From: a virus
Lineage: Duplodnaviria > Caudoviricetes
IMG/VR virus record: IMGVR_UViG_3300017785_001872
Coordinates: 1-34,996 of that record
DNA length: 34,996 bases
Direction: 5' to 3' (one strand)
The notes under the pieces are model-generated. The model saw only the letters and a program-made list of their open reading frames with translations, did not search any database and was not told where the DNA came from. This document shows, piece after piece, positions 11,901 to 19,544 of the stretch (within the stretch, counting starts at the first letter, position 1; every line of letters starts with the position of its first letter). The position numbers and the translations under genes were made by a program.

Positions 11901-12715
11901 GCAAGCGTAGTTTAGATTTATGGTTTAGAAATTCTTTTATTCCTGAATACTTTGGCCCCAACAGTAGCCTTGCAAAAATGATTGGCTTAACTCCTGAGCA
12001 AGCTAAAACATTATCTCGTGCCGCTGAGATGGGCATAATACCTGCGGTTACTGATTTAGGTATAAGCGGCTCTTTGTCTTTAAATGGACTGTGGTTTAAA
12101 GATGATAAACCAGCAAAAACTTCTCGTGAAGCGTATAACAATTTTTTACTTAGTTTTGGAGGCCCTCTTGTTAGTATGGGCGGTAATATGTATAGCGGTT
12201 TTGATGACATTAATAATGGACGTTTAGATAAAGCAATTGAAAAAAATGTTCCGGCATGGCTTAGAGGAAGTCTTACTGCGTATAGATTAAGTAAAGAAGG
12301 TGCAGTTACAGTTTTAGGTGCTGAAGTTAAAGACTTAGAATTTTACACAACAGGTAAGTTAATAGCGCAAGGTTTAGGTTTTGGTAGTACTGAAGTACAA
12401 CAAATTCAGTACTCTAACTTTAAAGCCAAAGAATTATCAATGAAAATTAATTCAGAAAAAGCAAATATACTTAACCGTTTAAATAATGCGGTTATGGCTG
12501 ATTCCGATAAAAGAGTTATAGACATATTAAAAGAAGTAATGGAATTTAATAAAAAGAATCCAGTAGCGGCATTCCAAGACGAGACGATTGAAAATTCTTT
12601 AGAGGCTCGTGGAAAGATGCGTGCTGGTGCTTATCAAGGTTTAGCCCTTACAGAAAAAGAAGCTGAATACATATATCCATTAGTTAGTGGAACCCGTTCT
12701 GCCGACCGTGAATAA
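5912..12715 (+). CDS. Giant internal virion (polyvalent) protein with zincin-like HExxH domain and probable LPD38-like C-terminus
   Basis: 2267 aa; last gene of the virion arm; HEALH at 8930-8944 with downstream E (DIKEFVTYG); helical C-terminal region with hydrophobic segments. Confidence 0.65.
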   Translation: MNLSELAAQYGGKPIEQAKPNLNELAAQFGGKPIEETDKLSTLAAQFGGKPIKETEPESKPSADLAMGSELVKGAKSGVVGIKSMVAGVDLLKDASLVGSALKNLNVYNQIDEGKITSLADAKGLGLPQDQIRMYLAAKTPEAKEQMRQNQQGIIDKRQGFIKEGLSLFKQYQADAQKVKGRTPDFTDIGTAKDFGNWLAFNVGAGAVQLAPIILAALTTGGAGAAAIGVSMGIGETVGNRLEFIQKKVKDLSPEKQADEIEKYIRDTGDSSLLIGALSGSLDLIGPVSSILKARAGKEGFKYLTKKDALKAAAVQAPKDIAKEGVTGGAQETIQIGGEYGLKEQTGDVLTKANRNRLINASTAEAAGSLSGIPVSGGINVAQAQQNQNIEKAKEAAIERDKLATALSDPAAMEKLSKTFQQEVDRLIGTPNPKYNGTKQEGRLYSQQEAYDAAGDLVLKGGILDVDTTTDSGAAKSSVSVSGGQSTTNTGPDATGRTDLGPDTTTAVAIEGGEGAQLNTLTPEVRQTALLKLMSFQDNAGTPPKPREVNALARDLGIKVKKGAKVPDTLQKIQSVLAPPETISGAAADVSTDTNVPATLEQTEVDVTDSNSYFNYLDVLKAKLDAAYDAGDVASQKLEKLNNTPTPSGGRALITYEVELEDAERIRKEKSEEFQNIYAQMEELKVAREKALDAQDLADQEVVDPNLATQKTDQEVVDPNLADQKTGAQEVVDPNLANQEVVVDQEAEAQNAAIENVETDEDLDNVDQLFGQPPKGKGGRKALDRTPEQQQAAAQVRKAQQQAGRDSIDDITRAEKLFDGTENIDPDTFLDKYPTEEAAREAVAAITESRLSALTTAYGYTTGSSKKKKAGVRGAALLAKATPEEQNLAKQRYEDQQNIGKPSRAMLPKGGSTSDKTNLEFEKFNNIKGAVNSILNSKTSTPFEKILAARILPFINGVKFQVVDSHLDLPTTYLQNFMEGAAGLYVPARRIVYVLRKGGLNNTIILHEALHAATVSRIDTYTKLKAEGRMVPEQLSRTIQELEETMVIAKQRYDQLIEERIISGDRTVLTDDMLDIPTDAFDDIKEFVTYGMTFPPMQDFLLLTEGIYAGTSTDIQKQANVVDKLFTKFVQSIRQLFSMDETHQSALQDLIIITNKLLSPAIRSEISTTSTPSAAKAKKPPAAPKPPAKPKTLKVVQTALRKLKFSKMGSEFNKSLGTLYMETRNFADALRLLKSNYNALEVGTIRTVLPVLTTEDITRWVGDRIQPIETINDAVNDMAGMRIKLIRELAEKQEPWTNFNQKYPEGGQALADVINLSTILEVDPTKHSDVTSALKNDVKLQRIEADILNPPVDPKTKKPKNLASLKKERTERIAKIKLIYEGGVLDEASVRPVNGVPAKQKFTFQGWDKLGKYGKGEGHAIFKMAKESYQSIFDMHEKLLIEKIAASQVPGDVNDASTPKGRLIASITKTFQEAKLLEIYFPLMRYGTFWFNYGTGKSGEFHMFESATARNEAMAERVAMLNAAGDNRTLAELQKDGDIDAGDDIRKLREKDLGATDSSKMLKELFSMLDKNKLTDIDAIKDNIYQMYLMTLPEPDIRRKFTHRQGKTGFSNDVLRNFIVTHHTAANQLARLKYADKVRDGIAAAYASLAGNPDKIKLSAFVREISIRALKEITPSTPNDGDIPWDKVANTANQVVFYMLLTAPKSALIQMTQLHVVGLPMLATKYGLNTFTTAARYSMFWNKFGLTKKDKNGDIVTEWGQPSIADSSYIKYHKNPVYKKILTDAWNYANDRDVFQSTYANDMYSMSAVPTSEYYGKIRSVVRWTGNFTAGAFHHAERISREIMFMSSFELDYKANLNKGMSPANAAEKAQKTAYQLTNDALFNYTDYNKPRVMKTVPGRIAFQFLSFGAQMTSLLVRNFYGLLPFLNKSEKKEAASIFFGILLMTGMYSGVTGFPLYSFILGVAEGVREAMRPGMGEDDEDYDLYYDESETGGPLGKRSLDLWFRNSFIPEYFGPNSSLAKMIGLTPEQAKTLSRAAEMGIIPAVTDLGISGSLSLNGLWFKDDKPAKTSREAYNNFLLSFGGPLVSMGGNMYSGFDDINNGRLDKAIEKNVPAWLRGSLTAYRLSKEGAVTVLGAEVKDLEFYTTGKLIAQGLGFGSTEVQQIQYSNFKAKELSMKINSEKANILNRLNNAVMADSDKRVIDILKEVMEFNKKNPVAAFQDETIENSLEARGKMRAGAYQGLALTEKEAEYIYPLVSGTRSADRE
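5915..6075 (+). repeat. N-terminal triple repeat LxxLAAQ(F/Y)GGKPI
   Basis: LSELAAQYGGKPIE / LNELAAQFGGKPIE / LSTLAAQFGGKPIK. Confidence 0.85.
8000..8150 (+). repeat. Intragenic QEVVDPNLA repeats, 3 full plus 1 partial
   Basis: caagaagtYgtagacccaaaYttagct is repeated in the DNA. Confidence 0.85.
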
Positions 12716-12738
12716 AAAGTCCCCGCACTGGGCGGGGA
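12714..12738 (-). terminator. Intrinsic terminator at the convergence of the two arms
   Basis: Stem tccccgc/gcgggga (12720-12738) with an A-tract at 12714-12718 that reads as a U-tract on the minus strand. Confidence 0.75.
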
Positions 12739-12810
12739 TTAAAGGTTGGAAGGAGCTAACTTCCGAGGAGAAACAGATGTAAGGAGTATCTGTTCTGCCT
12801 AGAGTATAAA

Positions 12811-13005
12811 TTAAATTCTCCAAACCCGTAGTCCTTTTACTCCTTCTTCGATAACTAGTTTAGTTATTATTTTTACTTTTAATCTTTTTGTAACACGTAG
12901 GATAACTTTTTTAGCTGAAGGCGGGTCAAGGCAAGGTATAAAAAATGAATACCCTACCTTAAAATTTCTCCAGTTAATGTTGTAACTAATTCGCTCTACT
13001 AACAT
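12811..13005 (-). CDS. Small basic phage hypothetical protein
   Basis: 64 aa; overlaps the primase stop; pattern (F.VG.SFFIPC...G.RVWR) seen in small phage proteins. Confidence 0.7.
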   Translation of the reverse strand: MLVERISYNINWRNFKVGYSFFIPCLDPPSAKKVILRVTKRLKVKIITKLVIEEGVKGLRVWRI

Positions 13006-15865
13006 TTTCTACAATAGGCGCAACCACCGCATCCATATCAATAAAGTCAGGAACCGAGCAATCAAATATTAGTGCATGAACCCCCGGAGACGTAACCCGC
13101 ATGCCTTTGGACATTTGCTTGGTATCTGCTTTTACGAATACTCCCTTAGCCTTAAGCTCTGTAATCGTATCTTTGTAAGAAGCTTGAGACTCTACGCAGT
13201 CTTTCTTAAAGTGCTTGGCTACGATATACATTAGTTTAGTATCAGGTTCGTATCGTATTATTAACTCGCCTCGTGGCTCTTGCATCGGTGCTGATTGCAA
13301 ATTAGTACGCTTGTCTACTTCGTTGTTTACCACCAACAGGTTTTGTATATTACGGTTTAAGAAGTCACCAATAATACCTGCCGCATTATTAGATGGGGGT
13401 GCAAGCTCTTGGCGTACTACATTTAGCATTTGCATAGACCAAGTGTATATAGCCTTCATATCGTAGTCGTGCAGTCCAAGGGAACGAGCAATCAAACCGC
13501 CTGTTATGTTGCAAGATATAACCGCAGACCAGAACCGCTCCTTGGCAGTTAACCGCATTTCCTTGTCAATCTTTTCTTGAATAGCCATCAAGTTGCTTAC
13601 GGTATCTTCTAAGTTATTAACTAAGTATGAGCAATAAATTTCTCCAGCATGCCCGTAGTTTTCCTTAAGCTGGTGGTCAAACATCTGCTTAGCTACTTGC
13701 GTAGGAATAATATTGCTTGGGTGAATCGAATACTCTAGTAACCGCATAGACTCACCATCAGGACTATTCTTATGCACTCCTAACTTTTCGTAGAAACTAG
13801 CGTTTGAACTTGCTAGAGATGTTGTTTGCCAAGTAGTAGTATTTACTCGCAATTCATTTTTCTGAGACTGAGAACGGTTAGCGCCACGACCTTGGGACAT
13901 ACTGTATGCCAAGGTTGAAAACTCCGCAGGGCTAATGTTGGTAATCTCGTCAATCGTAAAAGGTAAGTTATTCATAATGCCTAAGTGCAACATCTTAGCG
14001 GCAAGCGTATCTTTCCAAATAGCCGCCAGCTTATCAGGGTGCCCATAAACACTATTACACATAAACAATGCAGTAGACTTACCCGTACCTGACTCTTTGT
14101 GGATAAGGTTTATGATTGCTCCGCTATGCCCAGTAAACTTAAGAAGGGGTGAACCAAACGCAGTAAGTGCAGCAAACGCATGGGGTTCTAGTCCCGGAGT
14201 TCCATATAAATTAAATACCTCTTTCCATTTCTCAAATGTACCTAGGGGGTGCATGCTATCAGAAAACTGTTTTGTCATAGAAGATGGAGGACTATGAAAG
14301 ACCCCATCCTTACTAATTTCTTTTTCACCAATAATAAACTTACTGTTTTTATCTGCCCATCCAAACTGTGCTCTCATAAGCTCTGCTTTCTTTTTATATT
14401 GAAGTTCTTTAACCGCTGACATAATCATTACCATCAAAGCATCCATCTGCTTTGGCATGCCAGCCACACCTTTTTTGAGCAGCCCTTCTCGTAACCGCTC
14501 TTTCACCCCTATAGTAGATAAAGGCAAAACAAATTCCTTAATCTCATCTTTGGGTAAATGTAACCGCATTAATATTATTTCCCCAACCTCGGGGTCTGCA
14601 TCAAACATCCTCTTAACAACATACAAATCATGCTCATATACAAGCAAGGGTTCAGTCTCTTCGGTTTCTCTAGAAGTTAAATATATGCCACCGTTCTTCC
14701 CACGGAAATACGGAAAGGGGTATACAGGAGGTTTATATGTTTGTAGTGCTGTATCTACTAAAGTATCTTCAACTACTAGAACATCCTCTACTTCAGCTTC
14801 TTCGGGGTCATCGCCCCGTATTATTTCCTTACCAAGCACTATGGGAGAGCCTATACGACCTTTCCATTTACACCCATTACAACCTCCGGGATTCTGCTTT
14901 TCAAAGTAGCTACAACGCTGAGCAAACTTTGTATGGCTTGCCTTTCGTTCAGTATCCTCAAAGTCATAACCATCGTACCCCTCGGATATTTTATGTATAG
15001 CAACTTCTCTATCTACGCATTGCTGAGCAACCGACAAAGCATTAAACCACATGGGTTCAGTAACTGAGTTTTGGTTTTGATATTGATATAGTAGTTGAGC
15101 GCAACCTTCGCCCTTGGCACTACGAACCATAATCTTGCTAAACCTAGATGCAGTATTAGAGGCCATAGCTTTTTGTAGCTCGCTTAGCTCTTTACGACTA
15201 GAAGTATTAAATGATTCTGCTCTAACACCCAATGTATTTTTAAATGTTTCGTACTCAACATCAGATGCGTCACTTATTACTTCTACTTGCTTAGGTGGAT
15301 TATCTTTAAAGTTAAGGGTCCCGGGCACTCTAAGCACACGAGCCACTTCGAACACGCTTGCATCGACATATAGATTATGTATTACAGATAACTCATTGAG
15401 ACGGTCAGCTACAGGTTGCCATTTCTCCTGAGTAATAGGAGAAGCCAAAGGCCAGTATGCATGTATACCTCTACCTGAACTAACTAGTAGTGGTTTAGGT
15501 AATCCGATTGTTTTGCAAAAGTGTTGCAGTGCAATAAGTCCTGTCCTTTGATCTATGTAGCCATCCGGTCTACCAGTCTTAGGATTAATTTCTGCTTTAG
15601 ACTCCCCACAATCTAAGTCTACCCAAAATGCTTTTAAGTTCTTTACATTTTCCTTCTTGCGGAATTCTTTTTCTTTGTATTCAGCATACTTAGCAACGCC
15701 AAAATATACATCCCACTTTTTATTAAGATAGTCTTCTACAAGAGCATTGAACTCAGGTCTTGTCTCTATAATCTTTTGGTCAGCGTATTTTCCATTCCTT
15801 AACCCTAGCACTACAAACCACCCATCAGGTGATTGCACTCTATTTAATAGGTCAATATTTGTCAT
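12986..15865 (-). CDS. Primase-helicase fusion (AEP/RepB-like primase + Cys cluster + DUF927/Cch-type helicase)
   Basis: AEP motifs WVDLD, SGRGIHAYW and RVLRVPGTLN; C...CNGC cluster; Walker A SGTGKST; Walker B FTIDE. Confidence 0.85.
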   Translation of the reverse strand: MTNIDLLNRVQSPDGWFVVLGLRNGKYADQKIIETRPEFNALVEDYLNKKWDVYFGVAKYAEYKEKEFRKKENVKNLKAFWVDLDCGESKAEINPKTGRPDGYIDQRTGLIALQHFCKTIGLPKPLLVSSGRGIHAYWPLASPITQEKWQPVADRLNELSVIHNLYVDASVFEVARVLRVPGTLNFKDNPPKQVEVISDASDVEYETFKNTLGVRAESFNTSSRKELSELQKAMASNTASRFSKIMVRSAKGEGCAQLLYQYQNQNSVTEPMWFNALSVAQQCVDREVAIHKISEGYDGYDFEDTERKASHTKFAQRCSYFEKQNPGGCNGCKWKGRIGSPIVLGKEIIRGDDPEEAEVEDVLVVEDTLVDTALQTYKPPVYPFPYFRGKNGGIYLTSRETEETEPLLVYEHDLYVVKRMFDADPEVGEIILMRLHLPKDEIKEFVLPLSTIGVKERLREGLLKKGVAGMPKQMDALMVMIMSAVKELQYKKKAELMRAQFGWADKNSKFIIGEKEISKDGVFHSPPSSMTKQFSDSMHPLGTFEKWKEVFNLYGTPGLEPHAFAALTAFGSPLLKFTGHSGAIINLIHKESGTGKSTALFMCNSVYGHPDKLAAIWKDTLAAKMLHLGIMNNLPFTIDEITNISPAEFSTLAYSMSQGRGANRSQSQKNELRVNTTTWQTTSLASSNASFYEKLGVHKNSPDGESMRLLEYSIHPSNIIPTQVAKQMFDHQLKENYGHAGEIYCSYLVNNLEDTVSNLMAIQEKIDKEMRLTAKERFWSAVISCNITGGLIARSLGLHDYDMKAIYTWSMQMLNVVRQELAPPSNNAAGIIGDFLNRNIQNLLVVNNEVDKRTNLQSAPMQEPRGELIIRYEPDTKLMYIVAKHFKKDCVESQASYKDTITELKAKGVFVKADTKQMSKGMRVTSPGVHALIFDCSVPDFIDMDAVVAPIVENVSRAN

Positions 15866-15883
15866 ACGTATCTCTGTTAGGGT

Positions 15884-15908
15884 AAAAAAAGGGGGAGTTA
15901 TCCCCCTT
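15884..15908 (-). terminator. Intrinsic terminator between the HTH gene and the primase gene
   Basis: Stem aaggggga/tccccctt with 4-nt loop, followed by a U-tract on the minus strand (A run at 15884-15890). Confidence 0.7.
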
Positions 15909-15928
15909 AACCTTGCGGTACTTTTTTA

Positions 15929-16183
15929 TTACTTGCGTTTAAAACTGTTGATTAGCCGTGCTATTTCTTTTGCATGAGATTCGTGTGGGTCATGCGCACC
16001 AGTAAACCAATTGTACACAGTCTGCCTACTCACCCCTAGCTTTGAAGCTATGGATACTACAGGGATACCTAGACCAATGCACGCTTTGCCTAATGTAACT
16101 CCAAGGCGGGTTTTGTCCGCCTCTTTGTTTAGCTGAACAGTTCTAAAGCTGTAGCCAATGCTCATTTTTAGTTGTCGCTCCAA
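15929..16183 (-). CDS. Cro/XRE-like helix-turn-helix protein (likely start 16165)
   Basis: IASKLGVSRQTVYNWFTG HTH signature. Confidence 0.8.
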   Translation of the reverse strand: MERQLKMSIGYSFRTVQLNKEADKTRLGVTLGKACIGLGIPVVSIASKLGVSRQTVYNWFTGAHDPHESHAKEIARLINSFKRK

Positions 16184-17061
16184 GCATTAACTACGTCTGC
16201 AAAATTAGCTTTAGGTGCGGTAGGTGACGCATCAGCTTTCTTAGCACGTTTAACAACAGGTTCTTCAATTGGGTCTTCCGGTTCTTCAGCAACTACTGGC
16301 TTTAGTCTTGGGAGATTACTGCTAGGCAACTTAGCAACACCGTCTTGCTGGGCTACAGTTAATTGAATAACTCGTTTGCAATCGGGAGATTGTTGTGCAA
16401 CTTCTACAACATCAATCTCTTCTTCAGTTAAGTGACGCACAGGTGTGAATTTCAAAACATCAGCTGTCTCGTTCTCATCAAAACTAATCTGAGTAACGAT
16501 ACGGTCAATGCTCTCACCGTTAGCTGGCAAAAACTTAATGTAGCTTTCAAACGGATGAGTATTACCTACACCCTTACCAAACAGAGATTTAGCAGGGATA
16601 CTAAATTGGTATATATCACCACTCATATCGTTCTCAAGCACTACTGCTATACGGCGATTAAAGCGACATGCACGACCTTTGCCATTATTACCTGAGCCCT
16701 CTATGTTTTGTGGACATGTGGCGCAGGAGACACCTTGTGGGTTACTAGCCTTGGCATCGGGTACATCACCTAAGTTAGACCAACAGTCAGGCAGAGTTGG
16801 TGCCGCATCAGGGTCATACGAAGACGCATAAAATTGACGAGATACTTTTGGTAACGCATTAATGATAATAGCGTTTAGGAATCCATCCTTAACTCTACCA
16901 GCTTCTTTGCCATTAACAATCCTTCGGAATACTCCCTTAGCCATAGTAATACGACGGGTTGTGGACCCACCACCACTATCTGCTAAAGCTTTAGACAACT
17001 CACTAACTTCACGACCAGCTACAGCCGTTGACTGCTGTTTAAAAATTGATAGATTACTCAT
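16168..17061 (-). CDS. Putative single-stranded DNA-binding/annealing protein with Cys cluster
   Basis: 297 aa in the replication module; CWS...CATCPQN...GRAC; flexible acidic/Pro tail ending in W-S-D-N; AGGAG RBS. Confidence 0.5.
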   Translation of the reverse strand: MSNLSIFKQQSTAVAGREVSELSKALADSGGGSTTRRITMAKGVFRRIVNGKEAGRVKDGFLNAIIINALPKVSRQFYASSYDPDAAPTLPDCWSNLGDVPDAKASNPQGVSCATCPQNIEGSGNNGKGRACRFNRRIAVVLENDMSGDIYQFSIPAKSLFGKGVGNTHPFESYIKFLPANGESIDRIVTQISFDENETADVLKFTPVRHLTEEEIDVVEVAQQSPDCKRVIQLTVAQQDGVAKLPSSNLPRLKPVVAEEPEDPIEEPVVKRAKKADASPTAPKANFADVVNAWSDN

Positions 17062-17456
17062 TCCTTGCTCCTTCTAACGACCACGGTGTATTTGCTGTCT
17101 GCTTGTAAACCAGCAGGTAACAGTTCGGGATTCTCTTCGAGAAACTGCTTGAGGTTAGTTTGATGTATCCTCTTCTCGAGCAGGGGGTATGCATCATGTT
17201 CTTGTATGAACTGATACATAGAATCCCAATCAGTCGTCCAGTACCGTGTATCAACTTTACGAATGATTGTCCCTGCGGGGGTTCTAATACTATCGGCATT
17301 ATTCTCTCGACAAACATCGAGCATTTTTTCTGCCAATAAGTCTTGTTGCGCTTTTAGCTCAGAGTCCTGTACTTCAAACACTTCCTTCATTTCTGCTCGC
17401 TTGTCCCGTATTTTTATATAAATCTCGGCAAGCTTATCTGTTCCAACATTTTCCAT
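17058..17456 (-). CDS. Conserved phage replication-module protein (N-terminal coiled coil)
   Basis: 132 aa; AAGGAG RBS; ATGA overlap with the SSB-like gene. Confidence 0.7.
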   Translation of the reverse strand: MENVGTDKLAEIYIKIRDKRAEMKEVFEVQDSELKAQQDLLAEKMLDVCRENNADSIRTPAGTIIRKVDTRYWTTDWDSMYQFIQEHDAYPLLEKRIHQTNLKQFLEENPELLPAGLQADSKYTVVVRRSKE

Positions 17457-17481
17457 CTTAGCTCCTTCTCAATGAACTTCT

Positions 17482-17510
17482 ACTATACCACATCTTTTGA
17501 CATTGTCAAA
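17482..17510 (-). promoter_or_regulatory. Sigma70-type promoter with a palindrome over the -35 box
   Basis: TTGACA-16 nt-TATAGT with extended -10 TG; TTTGACA-T-TGTCAAA palindrome at 17496-17510. Confidence 0.65.
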
Positions 17511-18900
17511 CTATATTTTCAATTTCTTGTCTATATAAGTCAATTATTTTTGTGTGGTTGGTTATGTTACCTTGCAACATCTTATACAACTTTGCTTCTA
17601 CTTCACTTCCTGTTATATGTACTATAGTCATAGGATTCTTTTGTCCCGGACGGTCAATGCGTGCGTTAGCTTGTAAGTATGTTTCTACGCTAGTTACAGG
17701 AGCATACCAAATAATTACATTTGCGGCTGTTAGTGTTAACCCGTGGGAAGCGGCTTGTGGTTGTATTACTAATACTCTAGTAGTATCTTGTTCTTGAAAG
17801 CGGTTAATAATATCATGCCTTTTATTTATAGACACTTGCCCATTAATAATTTCAGCTACAATTCCACTTTTAGTTAGGTAGTCATGTAGTAAATGTATAG
17901 TATGTGTAAAGGGGACAAACACTAAAACTTTGTGTGATGCTTCTTCAATAACTTCTTTAATAACTTGTAGTCGGTTGGATACATCAAACTGTATAACTTC
18001 CCTAGTATCGGTATAGACCGCACCGCCTGATATTTGCAATAGCTTATTAATATTAGTGGCTGCATTTACAGAAGTTACATGCTCTCCTGCTGCTGACATA
18101 GTCATAAGTTTCTTAAGGGTCCGATAGTATTTAACCTGTTGTGCAGTTAAAGGCGCATCCCGTTCTACAAAAGTTACATCAGGCAAATCTAAGCATTGAT
18201 CTTTCTCAAACCTTATAGCTGGTTGTAATACTGTATGCACAATCTGCTGTGCTTGGGGTTTAGGTAGCCAACGGTAAGTGCCAACTTTATACATAACTTG
18301 GTCACGGAACTGACCGTAGAATTTAGGAGTATTGTCGGGATTAATAATCTTAGCTAAGCCATATGCGTCTACTGGGGACTGAGCCGCAGGAGTACCCGTT
18401 AGCATCCAAACACCCTTAACCGTTTTAGCAATATCTCTAAGTGTTTTCCATCTAGTAGTCTGCGCATTCTTATATGCACTAGCCTCGTCTACTACAATCA
18501 AATCAAAGCCACCGTTTATTATGTCTTCTTTAATAATATCTACACCATCAAAGTTAACAATAACAAACTCAGCGCCTTCGTTAAGTATTTTCTTTCTTCG
18601 CTTAGGTGTGCCGTGGGCTATATCACAAGTGCGGTGTATGGCAAACTTAAATAAGTCTTGTTGCCATGCGGACTTCATAATAGATAGTGGGCAAATTACA
18701 AGCACACGACGAATTAAACCTAACTGCATTAGGTAGTCGACTGCCCATATTACACTAGCTGTTTTACCTGTACCTTGTTCGTTAAAACAAAATGCCCTAC
18801 GGTTAAGCGTTAGAAATTCAGAAGTCTGCTTTTGGTGAGCAAACGGTTTAAACTTTCCGGGCCATCCATAGTCAGTTAAGATACTATTTTTTTGAGACAT
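17506..18900 (-). CDS. SNF2-family (superfamily 2) helicase
   Basis: EQGTGKT, DEAS, LTGTP, HGLTL and QANARIDRPGQ motifs; start at 18900 preferred because the track start (19032) lies deep inside the HNH gene. Confidence 0.9.
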   Translation of the reverse strand: MSQKNSILTDYGWPGKFKPFAHQKQTSEFLTLNRRAFCFNEQGTGKTASVIWAVDYLMQLGLIRRVLVICPLSIMKSAWQQDLFKFAIHRTCDIAHGTPKRRKKILNEGAEFVIVNFDGVDIIKEDIINGGFDLIVVDEASAYKNAQTTRWKTLRDIAKTVKGVWMLTGTPAAQSPVDAYGLAKIINPDNTPKFYGQFRDQVMYKVGTYRWLPKPQAQQIVHTVLQPAIRFEKDQCLDLPDVTFVERDAPLTAQQVKYYRTLKKLMTMSAAGEHVTSVNAATNINKLLQISGGAVYTDTREVIQFDVSNRLQVIKEVIEEASHKVLVFVPFTHTIHLLHDYLTKSGIVAEIINGQVSINKRHDIINRFQEQDTTRVLVIQPQAASHGLTLTAANVIIWYAPVTSVETYLQANARIDRPGQKNPMTIVHITGSEVEAKLYKMLQGNITNHTKIIDLYRQEIENIV

Positions 18901-19168
18901 TCCGTTTAACGGTATGGTCTGAGTTTCTGCTGAATGAACGGTTGTTGCTAGTAGATTTAATTTTGAGATTGCTTTTAGCATTCGTCCCCCCTTTGCTGAG
19001 AGGTTGGACATGATCGACATCTTTTCCATCACCTTTGTGTACCTTTCCTGTTTTCATTAGCTCCGCACGGGCAGAATTACGCTTCGCCCTTTTTTTTATT
19101 TGTTCGGGTGTACCCTGATACTGTTCGTATTCTTTTTTATAAGGTCTTGGTTTGTTTACGTATGGCAT
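18884..19168 (-). CDS. HNH endonuclease-like protein
   Basis: DVDHVQPLSKGGTN...NL...NNR. Confidence 0.8.
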   Translation of the reverse strand: MPYVNKPRPYKKEYEQYQGTPEQIKKRAKRNSARAELMKTGKVHKGDGKDVDHVQPLSKGGTNAKSNLKIKSTSNNRSFSRNSDHTVKRNVSKK

Positions 19169-19544
19169 TTGGTTTTTCCTTGCGAAGTTTCCTATTCACA
19201 TTATCGCTCTTAAGTGCATCTTTAATCAAGTGCATACCCCATTCAGCCGCACATCCGGCATGAAAGTATAGCGTTACAAAGTAATGCTCATATACACCAC
19301 CCCTACTATATTCTTTGGGGTGAGCTTTAATAGCTAGTTTAGCCAATGGAGACACATTCCATTCAAACTCCTCGGTAGGAATATGCACTAAATCCCATTC
19401 AACTGCATCTTCATCCCTAGCTATTTTCCTACTATGGCAACTAGGGTAAGAACATTCTTTTAATTGATCGTCTCCTCTAAGGTCAACTTGCCCTTTGTCA
19501 GGGTCTAGTTTTGTTCCTTTGGGTATGCCCTTACTAAAGCTCAT
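19137..19544 (-). CDS. Hypothetical protein, possible Zn-binding
   Basis: CSYPSC and FHAGC; overlaps both neighbours; GGAG RBS. Confidence 0.6.
   Translation of the reverse strand: MSFSKGIPKGTKLDPDKGQVDLRGDDQLKECSYPSCHSRKIARDEDAVEWDLVHIPTEEFEWNVSPLAKLAIKAHPKEYSRGGVYEHYFVTLYFHAGCAAEWGMHLIKDALKSDNVNRKLRKEKPNAIRKQTKTL

Noticed and set aside
3456-12210. Short antisense and alternate-frame ORFs inside the virion genes
   Set aside because: Fully nested in long coding genes, with no RBS or recognisable motifs
15875-15881. Lone TGTTAGG/CCTAACA half-sites (before the primase ATG; also near 30677, 30904 and 31948)
   Set aside because: A few 7-mer matches are expected by chance in 35 kb; not counted as sites
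18901-19032. N-terminal extension of the SNF2 helicase in the ORF track
   Set aside because: Overlaps the HNH gene by about 150 bp; ATG at 18900 is more plausible, although its RBS is weak
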